Shown one piece after another: positions 1 to 16,863 of a stretch of 64,000 bases of DNA. This stretch comes from the human T2T-CHM13v2.0 reference genome, Homo sapiens, in NCBI RefSeq assembly GCF_009914755.1, contig NC_060939.1. One strand, given 5' to 3'. The first letter of the stretch is position 1, and each line of letters begins with the position of its first letter. The position numbers were made by a program, and so were the translations under genes. Below the pieces are notes generated by a model. It saw nothing but the letters and a program-made list of their open reading frames with translations, was not told the origin of the DNA and searched no databases.

Positions 1-952
1 CCCAGATTGTTAAGCTATATGATACATTCTTGCTAGCAAAAAAAGTTTTTAAAGGAAAATGTTATATTGACTTGAATTATTAAGGTATGACTGATAAAAT
101 AATATTTTAATTTAGAGGCTGAACACTTTAGAACTACTACCAGAAAGAGTAAGTTAGAAGAATAAAAGTTCACATATAAATTTTATGAGGTTATAATGAT
201 AAAGGTGGAAATAACTCATTTTTGGAGATTGCTAGGGCAGGAACTCGTTCTGAAAATTCATAAAGGTGAAGAAGCATATGTCTTACTGTCATTGCTAATG
301 GTAGGCCATAGAAAGCACACACCACCACCTGCAAGGTATTCATGACCCTGAAAAGAACCTGAATCTTACTAAGCGCCTGGATCTATTCTTAGTTTGCAGG
401 AAATAGGATGTTTAATGGAGTGACATGTTTGTCAATCGTTGAACTCTATAATTGAGAATTTTATAGGACAAATGAAGCTATTTGAACAAATGGCATAGGT
501 AGGGTTAGGGATAGTTGGGGGAGATGATTAGGGACTGCTTGAGGATTATGAGACTTAAGAGACCTATCAGTCATATACAGTATGTGGATATAGTTTGAAT
601 TCTGATTTGAATCCTTTGGAGGGTTATGCAGTTACAGCTAAACTGCGAAGATTCAAGCATGGCTGTATCACTTATTATTTGTGAGTTTGGACAAGTTTCT
701 TAGCCTTTTTGTGCTTCTGTTTTTGCATTTAATGGAATAATAGTTTGTATTTGACAATGCTGATGAGAGGACGAAAAGATAATTATTTTAATGCTTTAGA
801 CTAGATCTAGCAAATAGTATGCATAACAGTAAATGATGACTTGGTAGTACCACAAAGGCACATTCGTGTCTGTTATGTGTGTGTGACAGATTGACATTTT
901 TAAAAGCTGTGCTGTTCTGTCTAGTAGAGTCTCATTTGGCTGTTTAAATATA

Positions 953-1048
953 TAGATGCTCCATAACTTAGAATGGGGTTACATCGCAATAAACCCAGCA
1001 GAGAGTTGGAAAATTAAGTCCAAACCATTGTAAGTTGGGAACTGTCTG
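953..1048. mobile_element. MER47-type (TcMar-Tigger) short DNA transposon
   Basis: agatgctcc..acttagaatggggttacatc..aataaaccc...gtaagttgggaactgtctg, flanked by TA on both sides. Confidence 0.65.
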
Positions 1049-1728
1049 TAGTTTCTCAGCCACATTATCCATGTTTTAAGTGCTGAATAGTATCTTTCCT
1101 AATTTGAAATACTGTTACTGTTACCTGATCTTTGTATAAAAACTTGCCTGGTATGATTTTTCTTTAAAAAAGAGAGTGCTTATATTTAAGCATATTTTTG
1201 TCTTCATAGCTCTTTTATCTTCCTGCCAAGAAGAATGTGGATTCCATTCTTGAGGATTATGCAAATTACAAGAAATCTCGTGGAAACACAGATAATAAGT
1301 AAGAATATACATTTTTCAGATGACACTCAAAAGACATTTAAAAAAGTTTCTAAATAAGTCATCTGAAACTTGTACTGACTCCGAAACATTAATACCACCA
1401 GAAACTAGCAAAATAGAATTTCACTGCTTTGACACAGGAGTTGGCTGGCTGACTTTTTCTTAAAGGGCCAGATAGTAAATATTTTAGGTAAAATTTAAGC
1501 TATCATGTAGGTATTTGCATAACCATTTAAAATTTAACCATCTGAAAATGTAAGAATCATCTTAATTGCTTTAGTTTGTCAAACCCTGCTTTCATATGCC
1601 CTTTAAAAAAATCTCAGCTATGGTTCATTATTACTAGCTCAGCTTTTAATTCTTTAAATTGGTTGAATTATTCTCTATGTCAGTTATTTTTATTGACCAG
1701 TTTTGGAATATTTTTGTTCATTTATCAG

Positions 1729-1901
1729 GGAGTATGCGGTTAATGAAGTTGTGGCAGGGATAAAAGAATACTTCAACGTAATGTTGGGTACCCAGCTACT
1801 CTATAAATTTGAGAGACCACAGTATGCTGAAATTCTTGCAGATCATCCCGATGCACCCATGTCCCAGGTGTATGGAGCGCCACATCTCCTGAGATTATTT
1901 G
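1729..1901 (+). CDS. MORF4L1: MORF4L1 (MRG15) internal coding exon, MRG domain
   Basis: Acceptor tttatcag|G, donor G|gtaata; encodes [57 protein letters not shown], matching the MRG15 C-terminal region. Confidence 0.96.
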
Positions 1902-2077
1902 GTAATATGTCATGTAGAAAATAATGGATTTTACTTTTTGGGGGGTCTTCTCTAAATGAATAAGAGGTAAAGTAATTAACTTTCCAAAACATGACTCCCA
2001 TTTTAATTTGAACTTTTATCTAGAATGTTAAATAGCAAAATCTCTTTAGGAGCAAGAGTTTTAAAAATCGTGTATTT

Positions 2078-2382
2078 TATTTTATAATTTTTTTTTTTTG
2101 AGACAGACAGTCTCACTCTGTTGCCCAGGCTGGAGTGCAGTGGTGCGATCTTTGCTCACTGCAACCTCCGCCTCCTGGGTTCAACAATTCTCCTGCCTCA
2201 GCCTCCCAAGTAGCTGGGATCACAGGTGTGCACCACCACATCTGTGGTAATTTTTGTATTTTCTGTAGAGATGGGGTTTCACCACGTTCGCCAGGGTGGT
2301 CTTGAATACCTGACCTCAAGCGATCGCCTATCTCGGCCTCCCAAAGTGCTGAGATTACAGGCGTGAGCCACTATGCCCGGCC
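2078..2382 (-). mobile_element. Alu (full length)
   Basis: Alu consensus, poly-T, TSD-like taaaatcRtgtatttta on both flanks. Confidence 0.93.
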
Positions 2383-2494
2383 TAAAATCATGTATTTTAA
2401 AGGAATTGGTGGTGTTTGCTCACATAATTAAAATACATGGTTGTAGTGCCCCTGCCTTGGATGTAACTTTGGATAAATTCTCTTGTTTAAACAG

Positions 2495-2579
2495 TACGAA
2501 TTGGAGCAATGTTGGCTTATACACCTCTGGATGAGAAGAGCCTTGCTTTATTACTCAATTATCTTCACGATTTCCTAAA
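2495..2579 (+). CDS. MORF4L1: MORF4L1 penultimate coding exon
   Basis: aaacag|TA...CTAAA|gtaagt; in phase with flanking exons; encodes (V)RIGAMLAYTPLDEKSLALLLNYLHDFL(K). Confidence 0.96.
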
Positions 2580-3659
2580 GTAAGTCTGTGCTTGAAATTA
2601 TAAACATGGATTTGAAAATTAGCGTGTAATGGGAGGGATTGGCAGTATAGATGCTAAAACATTAAACATTATATTGGTACAGGCATAGATAGTTGGTAAT
2701 GGAGCAGTAAAAGTAAGTGCAAACACATGGGAGTCTCAGAAATGATAGATGGTATATAGATGATATATTGGTGCAGTAGGGGAAAGCAGTGGAGTCTGGT
2801 AGATTGGTGATAAGACAGCTGACAGTTTGGAAGAAAACAAAGCCACACTTGTCATGTACCAAAATTCTAGATGAATCTGAAGTTTAAAATTAAATTGTTA
2901 AGATAATGAAAGGAGAAATGTAATATTTTCATAGTTCTATAGTGTTCCATTTATGATAAATGGTTGGTACCTTTAATACACACAGAGTTCTTCGGTAAGA
3001 AATGAACAAACCAGTGAAAAGTAGGACAGGAAATTTACATCAATGGCAGCACAAAGGACCATTAAAAATATGTCAGAAATAATGATGAAAGTATAAACTG
3101 TCAGTAAAGTAGCACTTGTCAGATTGGCTAAGGTTTAAATGTTTGAAGAAATGGAGAAAAGGGCAATCCTGGTTTCTACAAGTTTTTGGAGGGCATTTTT
3201 ATAATAGTGAAGAATTTGAAACAAGCACTTATTAAAAGGGTGAGGTCACTCTAAACATACTGATAAAGATGTCCATGTTTTCAATTGAAAAACAGCCAAG
3301 CTGTAGTAGAGGAGTATGGTGTAATTGTTACTTGTAGAGAAACATTATTTTAATCTTTGCATAAGATCTGGCTTTCCAATGTGGATCTTAGTTAATACTG
3401 GGTTATTTCTTGGGCGTGGTGTTGGAAGGGAGGGTGGGAGTTTTCAGTTTCTACTTTGTATACTTCTGTATATGAATTTTCTCATTACAATCGTTTTACA
3501 GTAAATTTAAAACTGCAACGTGGACTTGAGAATGTAGGCAAGATTTATCATCTTTTCTTTACTAATGATAAATACCTTCTTTGGACCTCAGTTTCTTTAT
3601 GGAATGTGCTCTACTACTTGACATTTCACGTTCCCTTTTATGTAATTAAAAAAAAAAAG

Positions 3660-4279
<620 letters not shown>

Positions 4280-4655
4280 TGATAACGATTTTTTTTTTAG
4301 AAAATGTCTAGATGTTCTTTTAGGGTAATGCTGTCATGTAATAGGATAATAACTGTTTCTTAAAGATGGTTCAAGCTCCCAAGTTGGTATTCTGCAGACA
4401 TAACTGTTCTTTGCTGTTTAGAAATAGGGGAGTAACTCCAGAGTTCATTCCTTTGTATATGTATAGTGTTGTTCATTGTATAACCTTATTTATTTACCTG
4501 AATTGTCATTATGTGTGGTTTTACTGTGAGAGAATGTCTGGTTTAATGTATTTTAGGAAAGTGTTTTCTGTGGCTTATGTATATAATATATAGGAAGAGA
4601 TTTGGATCAAGATAATGACCTTTAAAAATTTTTGTAATGAATATTTTATTTTTAG

Positions 4656-4740
4656 GTACCTGGCAAAGAATTCTGCAACTTTGTTCAGTGCCAGCGATTA
4701 TGAAGTGGCTCCTCCTGAGTACCATCGGAAAGCTGTGTGA
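4656..4740 (+). CDS. MORF4L1: MORF4L1 last coding exon
   Basis: tttttag|G; encodes YLAKNSATLFSASDYEVAPPEYHRKAV then TGA at 4738-4740. Confidence 0.96.
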
Positions 4741-5810
4741 GAGGCACTCTCACTCACTTATGTTTGGATCTCCGTAAACACATTTTTGTTCTTAGTCTAT
4801 CTCTTGTACAAACGATGTGCTTTGAAGATGTTAGTGTATAACAATTGATGTTTGTTTTCTGTTTGATTTTAAACAGAGAAAAAATAAAAGGGGGTAATAG
4901 CTCCTTTTTTCTTCTTTCTTTTTTTTTTTCATTTCAAAATTGCTGCCAGTGTTTTCAATGATGGACAACAGAGGGATATGCTGTAGAGTGTTTTATTGCC
5001 TAGTTGACAAAGCTGCTTTTGAATGCTGGTGGTTCTATTCCTTTGACACTACGCACTTTTATAATACATGTTAATGCTATATGACAAAATGCTCTGATTC
5101 CTAGTGCCAAAGGTTCAATTCAGTGTATATAACTGAACACACTCATCCATTTGTGCTTTTGTTTTTTTTTATGGTGCTTAAAGTAAAGAGCCCATCCTTT
5201 GCAAGTCATCCATGTTGTTACTTAGGCATTTTATCTTGGCTCAAATTGTTGAAGAATGGTGGCTTGTTTCATGGTTTTTGTATTTGTGTCTAATGCACGT
5301 TTTAACATGATAGACGCAATGCATTGTGTAGCTAGTTTTCTGGAAAAGTCAATCTTTTAGGAATTGTTTTTCAGATCTTCAATAAATTTTTTCTTTAAAT
5401 TTCAAAGAACAATGTGCTTGTGTTGATGCCTTACAAAAACCATTGTATATTTGTGTATTCCTTCTTGTATTTAGACAGTGGTTTTTCAGGTGCGTGCTTT
5501 GTTTTCTGGTATGGCCTTTATGGAATGAGACGCTTTAGCTTTGGTACGTAGCGCTAATCCATAGCAGCTTTGGCAGTTTGCTGTCTTGAGTCTTAGCTAA
5601 AAAGTTAGAAGTTTACATGACTGTTTTTTTTATTTTCCCTAAATTATTACTTACTCTGAGCATTAATTAAGGGCATTTTCACCTGTGTAAAATTATGGTC
5701 AGCTTTTTTCTGTCTATAATTGTTTACTTTTGTGGGTTTACTCTAGAAACATGAGCCAAAAATGTCAATAGACAACACAGTATTAAAATAACCCAAAAGT
5801 TGTAAAGGGC
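4741..5810 (+). other. MORF4L1: MORF4L1 3' UTR with several polyadenylation signals
   Basis: U-rich, repeat-free sequence after the stop; AATAAA 4883-4888, AATAAA 5381-5386 followed by a GU-rich tract, ATTAAA 5782-5787. Confidence 0.8.
5381..5386 (+). terminator. Polyadenylation signal, likely the major MORF4L1 site
   Basis: AATAAA with downstream tgtgcttgtgttg GU-rich element. Confidence 0.7.
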
Positions 5811-5888
5811 AACGTTTCTCCCCTTTGATAGGGACACTAAAGTGGTCTGTACTTGGGTAGAGGATGGCAGACGTTAAGAATTAAAATG

Positions 5889-6192
<304 letters not shown>

Positions 6193-6511
6193 TCAGAAAA
6201 CAATTAAAATGCAAAGCAGCAGATAAGTTCAGATGGCGAGAGTTACAGCAGCAATACAAGAGGGATAATGAGTGCAGGAGGGAAATAGGAGTAAGTTCCA
6301 AAGAAGCAGGATTTGCTTGGGTTGTTTGAAGGGAACTGCTTCTACCCATAGTTGTCTTCCTGCCGCCTCCTTCATTCGGCTTACTTGTTCTCTTTTTCTT
6401 TACCCTTTTTGTCACAACTGTACTGATTTAGTTGGATTTCTAACAAATAGGGATTGTTGTTGCCTGGGGTCTTTCAGCTGTTGAAAGTTCTTGTTTATCT
6501 AGATGTGACTT

Positions 6512-6614
6512 AAAAAATGAAACACTTCAAGAATTTACGTGTCATTCTTGGCACAGGGGCCATGCTAATCTTGATTGTTTGAATTTTTAATATTTTTGCT
6601 AACAAAATGAGCCC
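6512..6614 (-). pseudogene. U6 snRNA retropseudogene
   Basis: Reverse complement of U6 over its length (..gaatttacgtgtcattcttggcacaggggccatgctaatctt..); ACAGAGA box degenerate; flanked by repeated ctagatgtga. Confidence 0.9.
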
Positions 6615-6695
6615 TAGATGTGATTTTTTTTTTTAATGTGTACTCATGGTCCCTTGAACATTAGTGTTACTGGTTAGGTATTTAAAGATTTTCTT

Positions 6696-7303
<608 letters not shown>

Positions 7304-7928
7304 GTTGAGGACTCGATCTTTTCGTTTATATTATCAATATTTACTGTGCTAGAAATTAAAACTTTAAAACTTAAAAATACGTGTCTTCATTAGTCATCAG
7401 AATGATACCGTCACACATCATGTAACCTCAGGAAAATTTCATGTACACTCGAGAAAAAGACTGATTTAAAATAGCTTTAACCTCATAGGCAGCATGAAAA
7501 TATCTCAGGTACTGCAGAGATCTCTGGACCACTCGTTGAGAACTGCCGCTATAGATATTTGTGTCCTGAGGGTTGTAACAGTCTTAGGGTTCTGTATTCA
7601 GAAATTTAAACATTCCTTCACAAAACCTGAAAGTCAAGATTTTGTTCGTTATTCATTAAGCCTCCTCCCTCCATTTAAATATAGCATTAGAAAAGAACAT
7701 TGATAGGTTTACCTGATGACACTAAAAGAGGCAGTAATCTTTGGACATTAAATCTACAGAGTATTTTGAATATGTTTTCATTTACTAGTAATTTTAATGT
7801 CGCTCCAGAATATCTTACATATTAGTAGTAAGTAGCTGGAATGATGTAATCAAAATCATACTGATTAATAATTACTTACCAAAACATGAAATTAGATGAA
7901 TATTAATATTAGTACCGTTAGGTTTTAA

Positions 7929-8336
<408 letters not shown>

Positions 8337-8536
8337 TAGTACAATCTAGAATTTTTAGTGTTCAATTTATTTCTTGAACTAATCATTCAAGTAGATTGAA
8401 GGAAGAGTTACTGGAAGGGTAGGAAGAAGCATGGCTTGTGATGAAGGGTGCATTTTGACAAGTATTCTTCTGGCTCTTTGCCATCCTCTCCTTTTCCTGT
8501 TACTGCTTCTAATTAAAGGTTCTGGTCTATATCTAA

Positions 8537-9416
<880 letters not shown>

Positions 9417-9982
9417 CAGTTTTTTATTTCTTTTTAAAAAAATTCGTTAATTTCCAATGAGCACAAGCCAGGCAGTTTTTATAGTTTCTCCCATTAATCA
9501 GTTGTGATATTTTCTAAGTTTTGAAATTATTTCCTCAAAATCGAGGTAACTGGCCCTTGATTCTCCTTTCTTGGGCATCCTTATAACTGCCATGTCTTAT
9601 GGGCATTTGTTGTTGTAATATCTGCCGTCATTTTTGCAGTGTATATTTCAAACAAAGTTAGTTACAGAGGTTTAGTAACCTTGCCTATGGTCTGGTCGTT
9701 TAGCTAAGAAGTGACAGCGCTGAGTTAAACACCACCTTGTTTCCCAGCCACACACATATCCATTAAATTCCTGAGTCTTATGAATTACCAAATACTTTTG
9801 TCTGTCCCATCTGCCTCTTAAATGTCTACAGTGGAGAATGTATTTTAATAGTTTTCTGGATTAAAATAATCATGCTCCTTTCTCCTTTAAAACAAATGGT
9901 TTCCTGTATGATAGTGTTTTGAATCATGGGAGTAAAGGGCAAGTTAGGTTAAGGTACAAACTCTGAAGCTAAACACAGCTTC

Positions 9983-10909
9983 TGTAGCGTCCAGCCCTAT
10001 GGGGCTTAGGGGGTGTTCTCCCCGTGTGCAGAGACGAGAGATTGTAAGAAATAAAGACACAAGACAAAGAGATAAAGAGAAAACAGCTGGGCCTGGGGGG
10101 GGCCACTGGGTGTGCTGATATTTATTGCATGCAAGACAAGGGGGCAGGGTAAGGAAGGTGAGCCCTCCAAGTGATTGATAAGGTCAAGCAAGTCATGTGA
10201 TCACAAGACAGGGGCTCTTCCCTTTTAGGTAGCCGAAGCAGAGAGGGAAGGCAGCATACGTCAGCATTTTCTTCTATGCACTTATCAGAAAGATCAAAGA
10301 CTTTAAGACTTTCACTATTTCTTCTACCGCTATCTTCTAAGAACTTCCAAGAGGAACTAGGGGTACGGGAGGAACATGAAAGTGGACAAGGAGCGTGACC
10401 ATTGAAGCACAGCACCACAGGGAGGGGTTTAGGCCTCCGGATGACTGTGGGCAGGCCTGGATAATATCCAGCCTCCCACAGGAAGCTGGTGGAGCAGAGT
10501 GTTCCCTGACTCCTCCAAGGAAAGGGAGACTCCCTTTCGTGGTCTGCTAAGTAATGGGTGCCTTCCCAGGCACTGGCGTTACCGCTTGACCAAGGAGCCC
10601 TCAACTGGCCATTATGCAGGCGTGACAGAAGGCTTACCTCTTGCCGCCTTGGTTACTTCTCACAATGTCCCTTCAGCACCTGACCCTATACCTGCTGGTT
10701 ATTCCTTGATTATATTAGTAGTACAATAAAGAGTAATGTTAAAAGCCAATGATTAATAATGTTTATACTAATGACTGATAATGTCCATGATAATCTCTGT
10801 ATCGAATTTGTATTATAACTATTCTTATTCTAGCTATTTTCTTCATTATACTGAAACCGTTTGTGCCTTCAGTCTCTTGCCTCGGCACCTGAGTAATCCT
10901 TTGCCCACA
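9983..10909 (-). mobile_element. Solo ERVK LTR, LTR13A-like (HERV-K13/HML-4 group)
   Basis: TG...CA termini; minus-strand start TGTGGGCAAAGGATTACTCAGGTGCCGAGGCAAGAGAC matches the LTR13 family as I recall it; perfect 6-bp TSD agcttc at 9977-9982 and 10910-10915. Confidence 0.85.
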
Positions 10910-11058
10910 AGCTTCCCCAGTCTTCACATCACCATGCTGTGTTTCAGTCAGTTCTCCTTTGCTTTTTGCTTCTAAGCTTGCTTTCACATGCTGTTGAATG
11001 GAAGAAACAAGTTGGAGAACAATAATACAGTATATGAAAAAAATATCGTATTTCCTAG

Positions 11059-11386
<328 letters not shown>

Positions 11387-11987
11387 AAATACAGTTTCCT
11401 CTTAAATGCATAAATGAGCAAAAAAAAAGGAAGAGACTAAAACTGAAAACCCCAAAATTTTGCCTGCCTTCAATCTAGGTAATACAGAGATACTGCATAC
11501 AAAGTATCTTTAAAATATATAAAAAGAATTGAAAATGTGAGAAAAGGGAACAAAATAGACTTAACCAAGACCAGCATAAAGTAATGGCATACTTTGTAAA
11601 TAATTCAGAGCAATCTTCCACTGAAGACAAGAAAATAAGCAGAGATATAAAACATCTGCTTGAAGGCATTGGAGACCTAAGAAAATGGCGAAGACTTAAT
11701 GGGCCAGCATTTGGTAGAGAATTGAGTTTCAGGGCTGTAAGTCCATATTCAGTGTGGCTTTTATTTTGCAGTTGTTTGCAAAGGTCAGAGAGGCTTTTGG
11801 TCTGGTTCTTTTGATAGTCTCACTTGGACTAAAGGACATGATTTGGAGTCTGATATCTGCCAAGAAATTAGGACCCCAAAAGGATATACCCCAGGAATAA
11901 AGATGAACCAAATTTAATTACTTCTTCAAACAGTTTTACAAATATATGCAGCAAATAGCTAGTTTTGCGTGAGACAAAACTACATGA

Positions 11988-13046
<1,059 letters not shown>

Positions 13047-13272
13047 GCGTATATAATTAAAACCTAAAGGCAATTTTAAAGGCATCCCAATTAAAAAGAC
13101 TTGACAATGCAAATAATGGAAGCCAGGAGGCAATGGAGTATGTTTAGAAAGCTGAAACAAAACTGCAATTTAAAATTCTAAACTCAGTAAAAACCCTTCA
13201 AGAAAACATTTTCAGACAAAACTCGAAAAATGTGTTAGAAAATTTACCAGCAAACCCAAACTGGAGAAAAAG

Positions 13273-13522
<250 letters not shown>

Positions 13523-13859
13523 GTTTGTTTCTTAAATGTTCATTGCAAGGTGGACTGTGAAAGCATATCACAATTTAAAAAAATTGTTACATTAGAATTG
13601 TTAGATTAGAATCATTTAGTATTTGCATGGATATTTTGCTCATACATGGTTTTGTAAGATTTTGCATTGGTCATTTGGAAAATATTTACTGAGTCACGCA
13701 AATTTTTCAAATATTGACCTGCCTTACACAATATGGAAGACTGATGCAAGGATTTCTGAGGAGGAGTTATGTAGATGGGCCTCTTTAGATCCAGAGTGAA
13801 GATATTAGTGTCTTGTATGAAAGTTCACCAAAGGGCATTCATGGTAGACAAGGCTTCCA

Positions 13860-14115
13860 TGTGTCATCTCGTGTAAGAAGAATTGTAGGTGTTTTAACCA
13901 CGTCCCCAGCTAGGGTCTCATTGCCAGACGTGAGTGAGCCTTCTGATGATTATAGCTCCCAGTCTTTGAGCCCTCCCAGCTGATGCAGAATGGGACAGAG
14001 ATGAGCTGTCCCCTCCAGCTCCTACCCTAATGGCAGACTTGTGAGTCAGATAAATAATGTTCCAAGCTACTAAGTTTTGGAGTGGTTTGCTATGTAGTAG
14101 TGGGTGACCTGAACA
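13860..14115 (+). mobile_element. MaLR (MLT1-type) LTR fragment
   Basis: Typical MLT1 3' end: ..aagctactaagttttggagtggtttgctatgtag..gaaca. Confidence 0.6.
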
Positions 14116-14119
14116 CTTG

Positions 14120-15385
14120 GCTACTTGCCATTGCGATTGCCAAATCTGCCATTCCCTGATATGGTGTATTTCCTGAGGTTACAAGCCAGCCACTTGGTGA
14201 CAGGTTAATTACGTTGGACCCCTTCCATCATCAAAGGGATGCCAGTTTTTCCTCACTGGAATAGACATGCATTCTGGATATCTGGATTTATTAATATAAT
14301 ATTAATACTTTCCCTGTCTAATGCTTTTGCTAACACAATCATCCGTGAACCCAGAAACCTTTATTCATGGTATTCCGTGTAACATTGCTTCTGGCATACA
14401 CTATCAGCCTGAGAAAATGGAATGAGCTATTGAGGAGTCAGTTGTGGTGCCAGTTGGGAGACCTGAAAAGTTGAGGTTCTTAATTAAAGGATGCAGTATA
14501 TGCTGTGAATATGGCCCATAGATGGTGATCTCTCATGGAATGCACAGGTTTGGAAATTAATAGGAGTGGCTTCTCACTATCACAAACCAATTACAGAATG
14601 TGTGCTTCCCATTCCTGTAACTTTGGGTTCAGTTGGTATAGAGGTTTTGGTTCCCAAGGAGAAATTCTGTCATCCAGGCAACATGATGGGTCAGTTGGAT
14701 TGGAAGTTAGATAGCTATTTTGGTCATCTCATACCACCGAGCCAACAGGCAAAGAAGAGAAGTACTGTACTGGCTGAGATGATCGGCTCTGATTACCAAG
14801 AAGAAATTTGGGTGCTGCTATATACAATGAGGAGAGAAAGGACCATGTCTGGAACCCAGAGGATTCTCTGGGATATGTCTTAGTACTTCTGTGTTCCTAG
14901 GTAAAGTTTAATAGAAAAGTACATAAGTTAAAAAACACAAGACCACTGAGGTTTCACATTCTTTTAGGAATGAGTTTTGAAGTCACCCTATCTGGTGACA
15001 AAACAAGACCAAAACCAAAAACAGCTGAGGTGCTGGCTGAGAGCAAAGGAAACATGGAACAGGCAGGAAGAGGAAGAAATATCAACTACATAGGGTCTTA
15101 ACGACCAGTTATGAAGACAAGATGAAGACAAGGACTATAACAGCTTTGTGCCTTTTTTCATGTTATAGAATAATCAGATGGGATTACATTTGAATTAGAA
15201 AAGTAATTAACATTGCACAGGGAGGGATACAGACTGTTGACACTGGTGAAGAGGATGAGAGTGTCTACCTTTGTATGAAGGATATTGTATCTTACTAGGC
15301 CACAGCATGAAGTGGTGGTGTTATGTGGTGATTAAAATATGTGTGGAAGGGTGTATATGGATGCCTAGCATCCTAAGGGGAGGAC
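14120..15385 (+). mobile_element. ERV-L internal remnant: integrase core, dUTPase, polypurine tract
   Basis: 14190-14285 resembles WQVDYIGPLP..GIDTYSGY with stops and frameshifts; ORF 14566-14883 (EVLVPK..LDWKL..SQQAKK..VLAEMIGSDYQEEI) resembles ERV-L dUTPase; PPT-like aaggggaggac ends at 15385. Confidence 0.8.
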
Positions 15386-15810
15386 TGAGTTGGTTATGAA
15401 GTTACTGGATCTCAGCTCTAAATCCTGCTCTGTGATCCTGTGGCTGGGACCCTAAATTATTTGTCAGCTGGCTTCTTGTTAGGTTCTGCCAGTAGAGGGC
15501 ATTAGAGGGACACTGGAAGGCAAGGGTCGGGGGCCGGGGGTGGGGGGTGGTGCGGGGGAAGGGTCTTCCTCCTTCCTGGTGGCTTGCTGTTCTGTTAGCT
15601 GCCTGACAGCAGCTGTTGGGTCCAGTCTCTATTTTGGGGGTAGAGGGGGGATGCTCAGAAGTGGCCTCAGAGGTTCCAGCACCCAGAACAGTTTTGCCTT
15701 CATTCTCCTCCTTTGCTCCTTGTAACACATATAAATCACCTCTTGGGGGTTTCGGAATTGCCCAAGCTGAGAGGTAGCAGTATCTCCTTGTTATAGTTAT
15801 CACATTTCTA
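15386..15810 (+). mobile_element. ERV-L 3' LTR (LTR41/LTR33-like)
   Basis: Starts with TG immediately after the PPT; contains gccagtagagggca; right boundary approximate. Confidence 0.6.
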
Positions 15811-15937
15811 TATTTCTTCCAGATGGAGGAAGGATTACAAAAAGGCAAAGGGCCAAATCTTGTTTTACTGGGGCAGGCTTTTCCAAAGGACCAGGCAGAA
15901 GCACCATTTTATTTATTTGTTTTAATTTAAAAAAAAA

Positions 15938-16204
15938 TTTTTTTTTGAGACGGAGTCTCGCTTTTTTGTCCAAGCTGGAGTGCAGTGCAGTCTTGGCTCA
16001 CCACAACCTCCACCTCTCATGTTCAAGCAATTCTCTTGCCTCAGCCTCCTGAGTAGCGGGGATTACAGGTGTGTGCCACCATAACCCAGCTAATTTTTTT
16101 GTATTTTTAGTAGAGACGGGGTTTCACCATGTTGGCCAGGCTGGTCTTGAACTCCTGACCTCAAGTGATCCGCCTGCCTTCGCCTCCCAAAGTGCTGGGA
16201 TTAC
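15938..16204 (-). mobile_element. Alu
   Basis: Alu consensus. Confidence 0.9.
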
Positions 16205-16274
16205 CATTTTATTTTAAAACACAATTGTGGTTATATTGTTTTGATTTTTTTGAAAAGCTTTACATGAGATTTGA

Positions 16275-16690
16275 TTTCTGGCTGTCTTTTGCTGCGCTAA
16301 CAAACTGTCCCAGAACTTTATAGCTTAAAACAACCATTTTGTTTTGCTCATACCTTTCTGAATCATGAATTCAGGATAGGCTTGGTTGGGCAGTTCATCT
16401 TTGATCCATTTGGCGTTAGCTGCCGTGGCTGAAATTGTGGAGGATCTGCTTCCAAGATGGCTTCTTCACTCATGTATCTCGTACCTCTGTGTTCCTTGGC
16501 CCCTCTTTCCTCGACACAGCATCTCAACCACTGAGGGCTTCTCTGCATGGTTTGCACATCTCATACTGTGACTTGCCAGCCTCAGGCTGGTATCTCAGGA
16601 CTCCAAAATTACATGGTATCTCAGGACTCCAATAGTGAGGGTTCAAAGAGATAAGAAATGGAAGCTGCCAGGCTAGTTAAGGGCTGTGGT
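16275..16690 (-). mobile_element. MaLR (MLT1-type) LTR
   Basis: ttgctgcgctaacaaactgtcccagaactttatagcttaaaacaacc is a reverse MLT1 end; ..tccaagatggcttcttcactca.. Confidence 0.65.
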
Positions 16691-16702
16691 TGAAAGTACT
16701 GG

Positions 16703-16863
16703 TTTTTTTTTTTTTTTTTTTTGGGACAGAGTCTCACTCTGTCGCCCAGGCTGGAGTGCAGTGGTGCAATCTCGGCTCACTGCAAGCTCTGCCTCCTGGG
16801 TTCACACCATTCTCCTGCCTCAGCCTCCTGAGTAGCTGGCACTACAGGTGCAAGCCACCATGC
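16703..16863 (-). mobile_element. Alu right arm
   Basis: Truncated Alu with poly-T. Confidence 0.88.

Noticed and set aside
5110-5140. CAGUGU as an iron-responsive element loop in the MORF4L1 3' UTR
   Set aside because: Flanks do not form the 5-bp upper stem and the bulged C is misplaced
6512-6614. Functional U6 gene
   Set aside because: ACAGAGA box and 5' stem are mutated; TSD indicates a retrocopy; no upstream PSE/TATA evident
14566-14883. Domesticated retroviral dUTPase gene
   Set aside because: Non-ATG start, eroded motifs with deletions, and surrounding pol sequence is frameshifted
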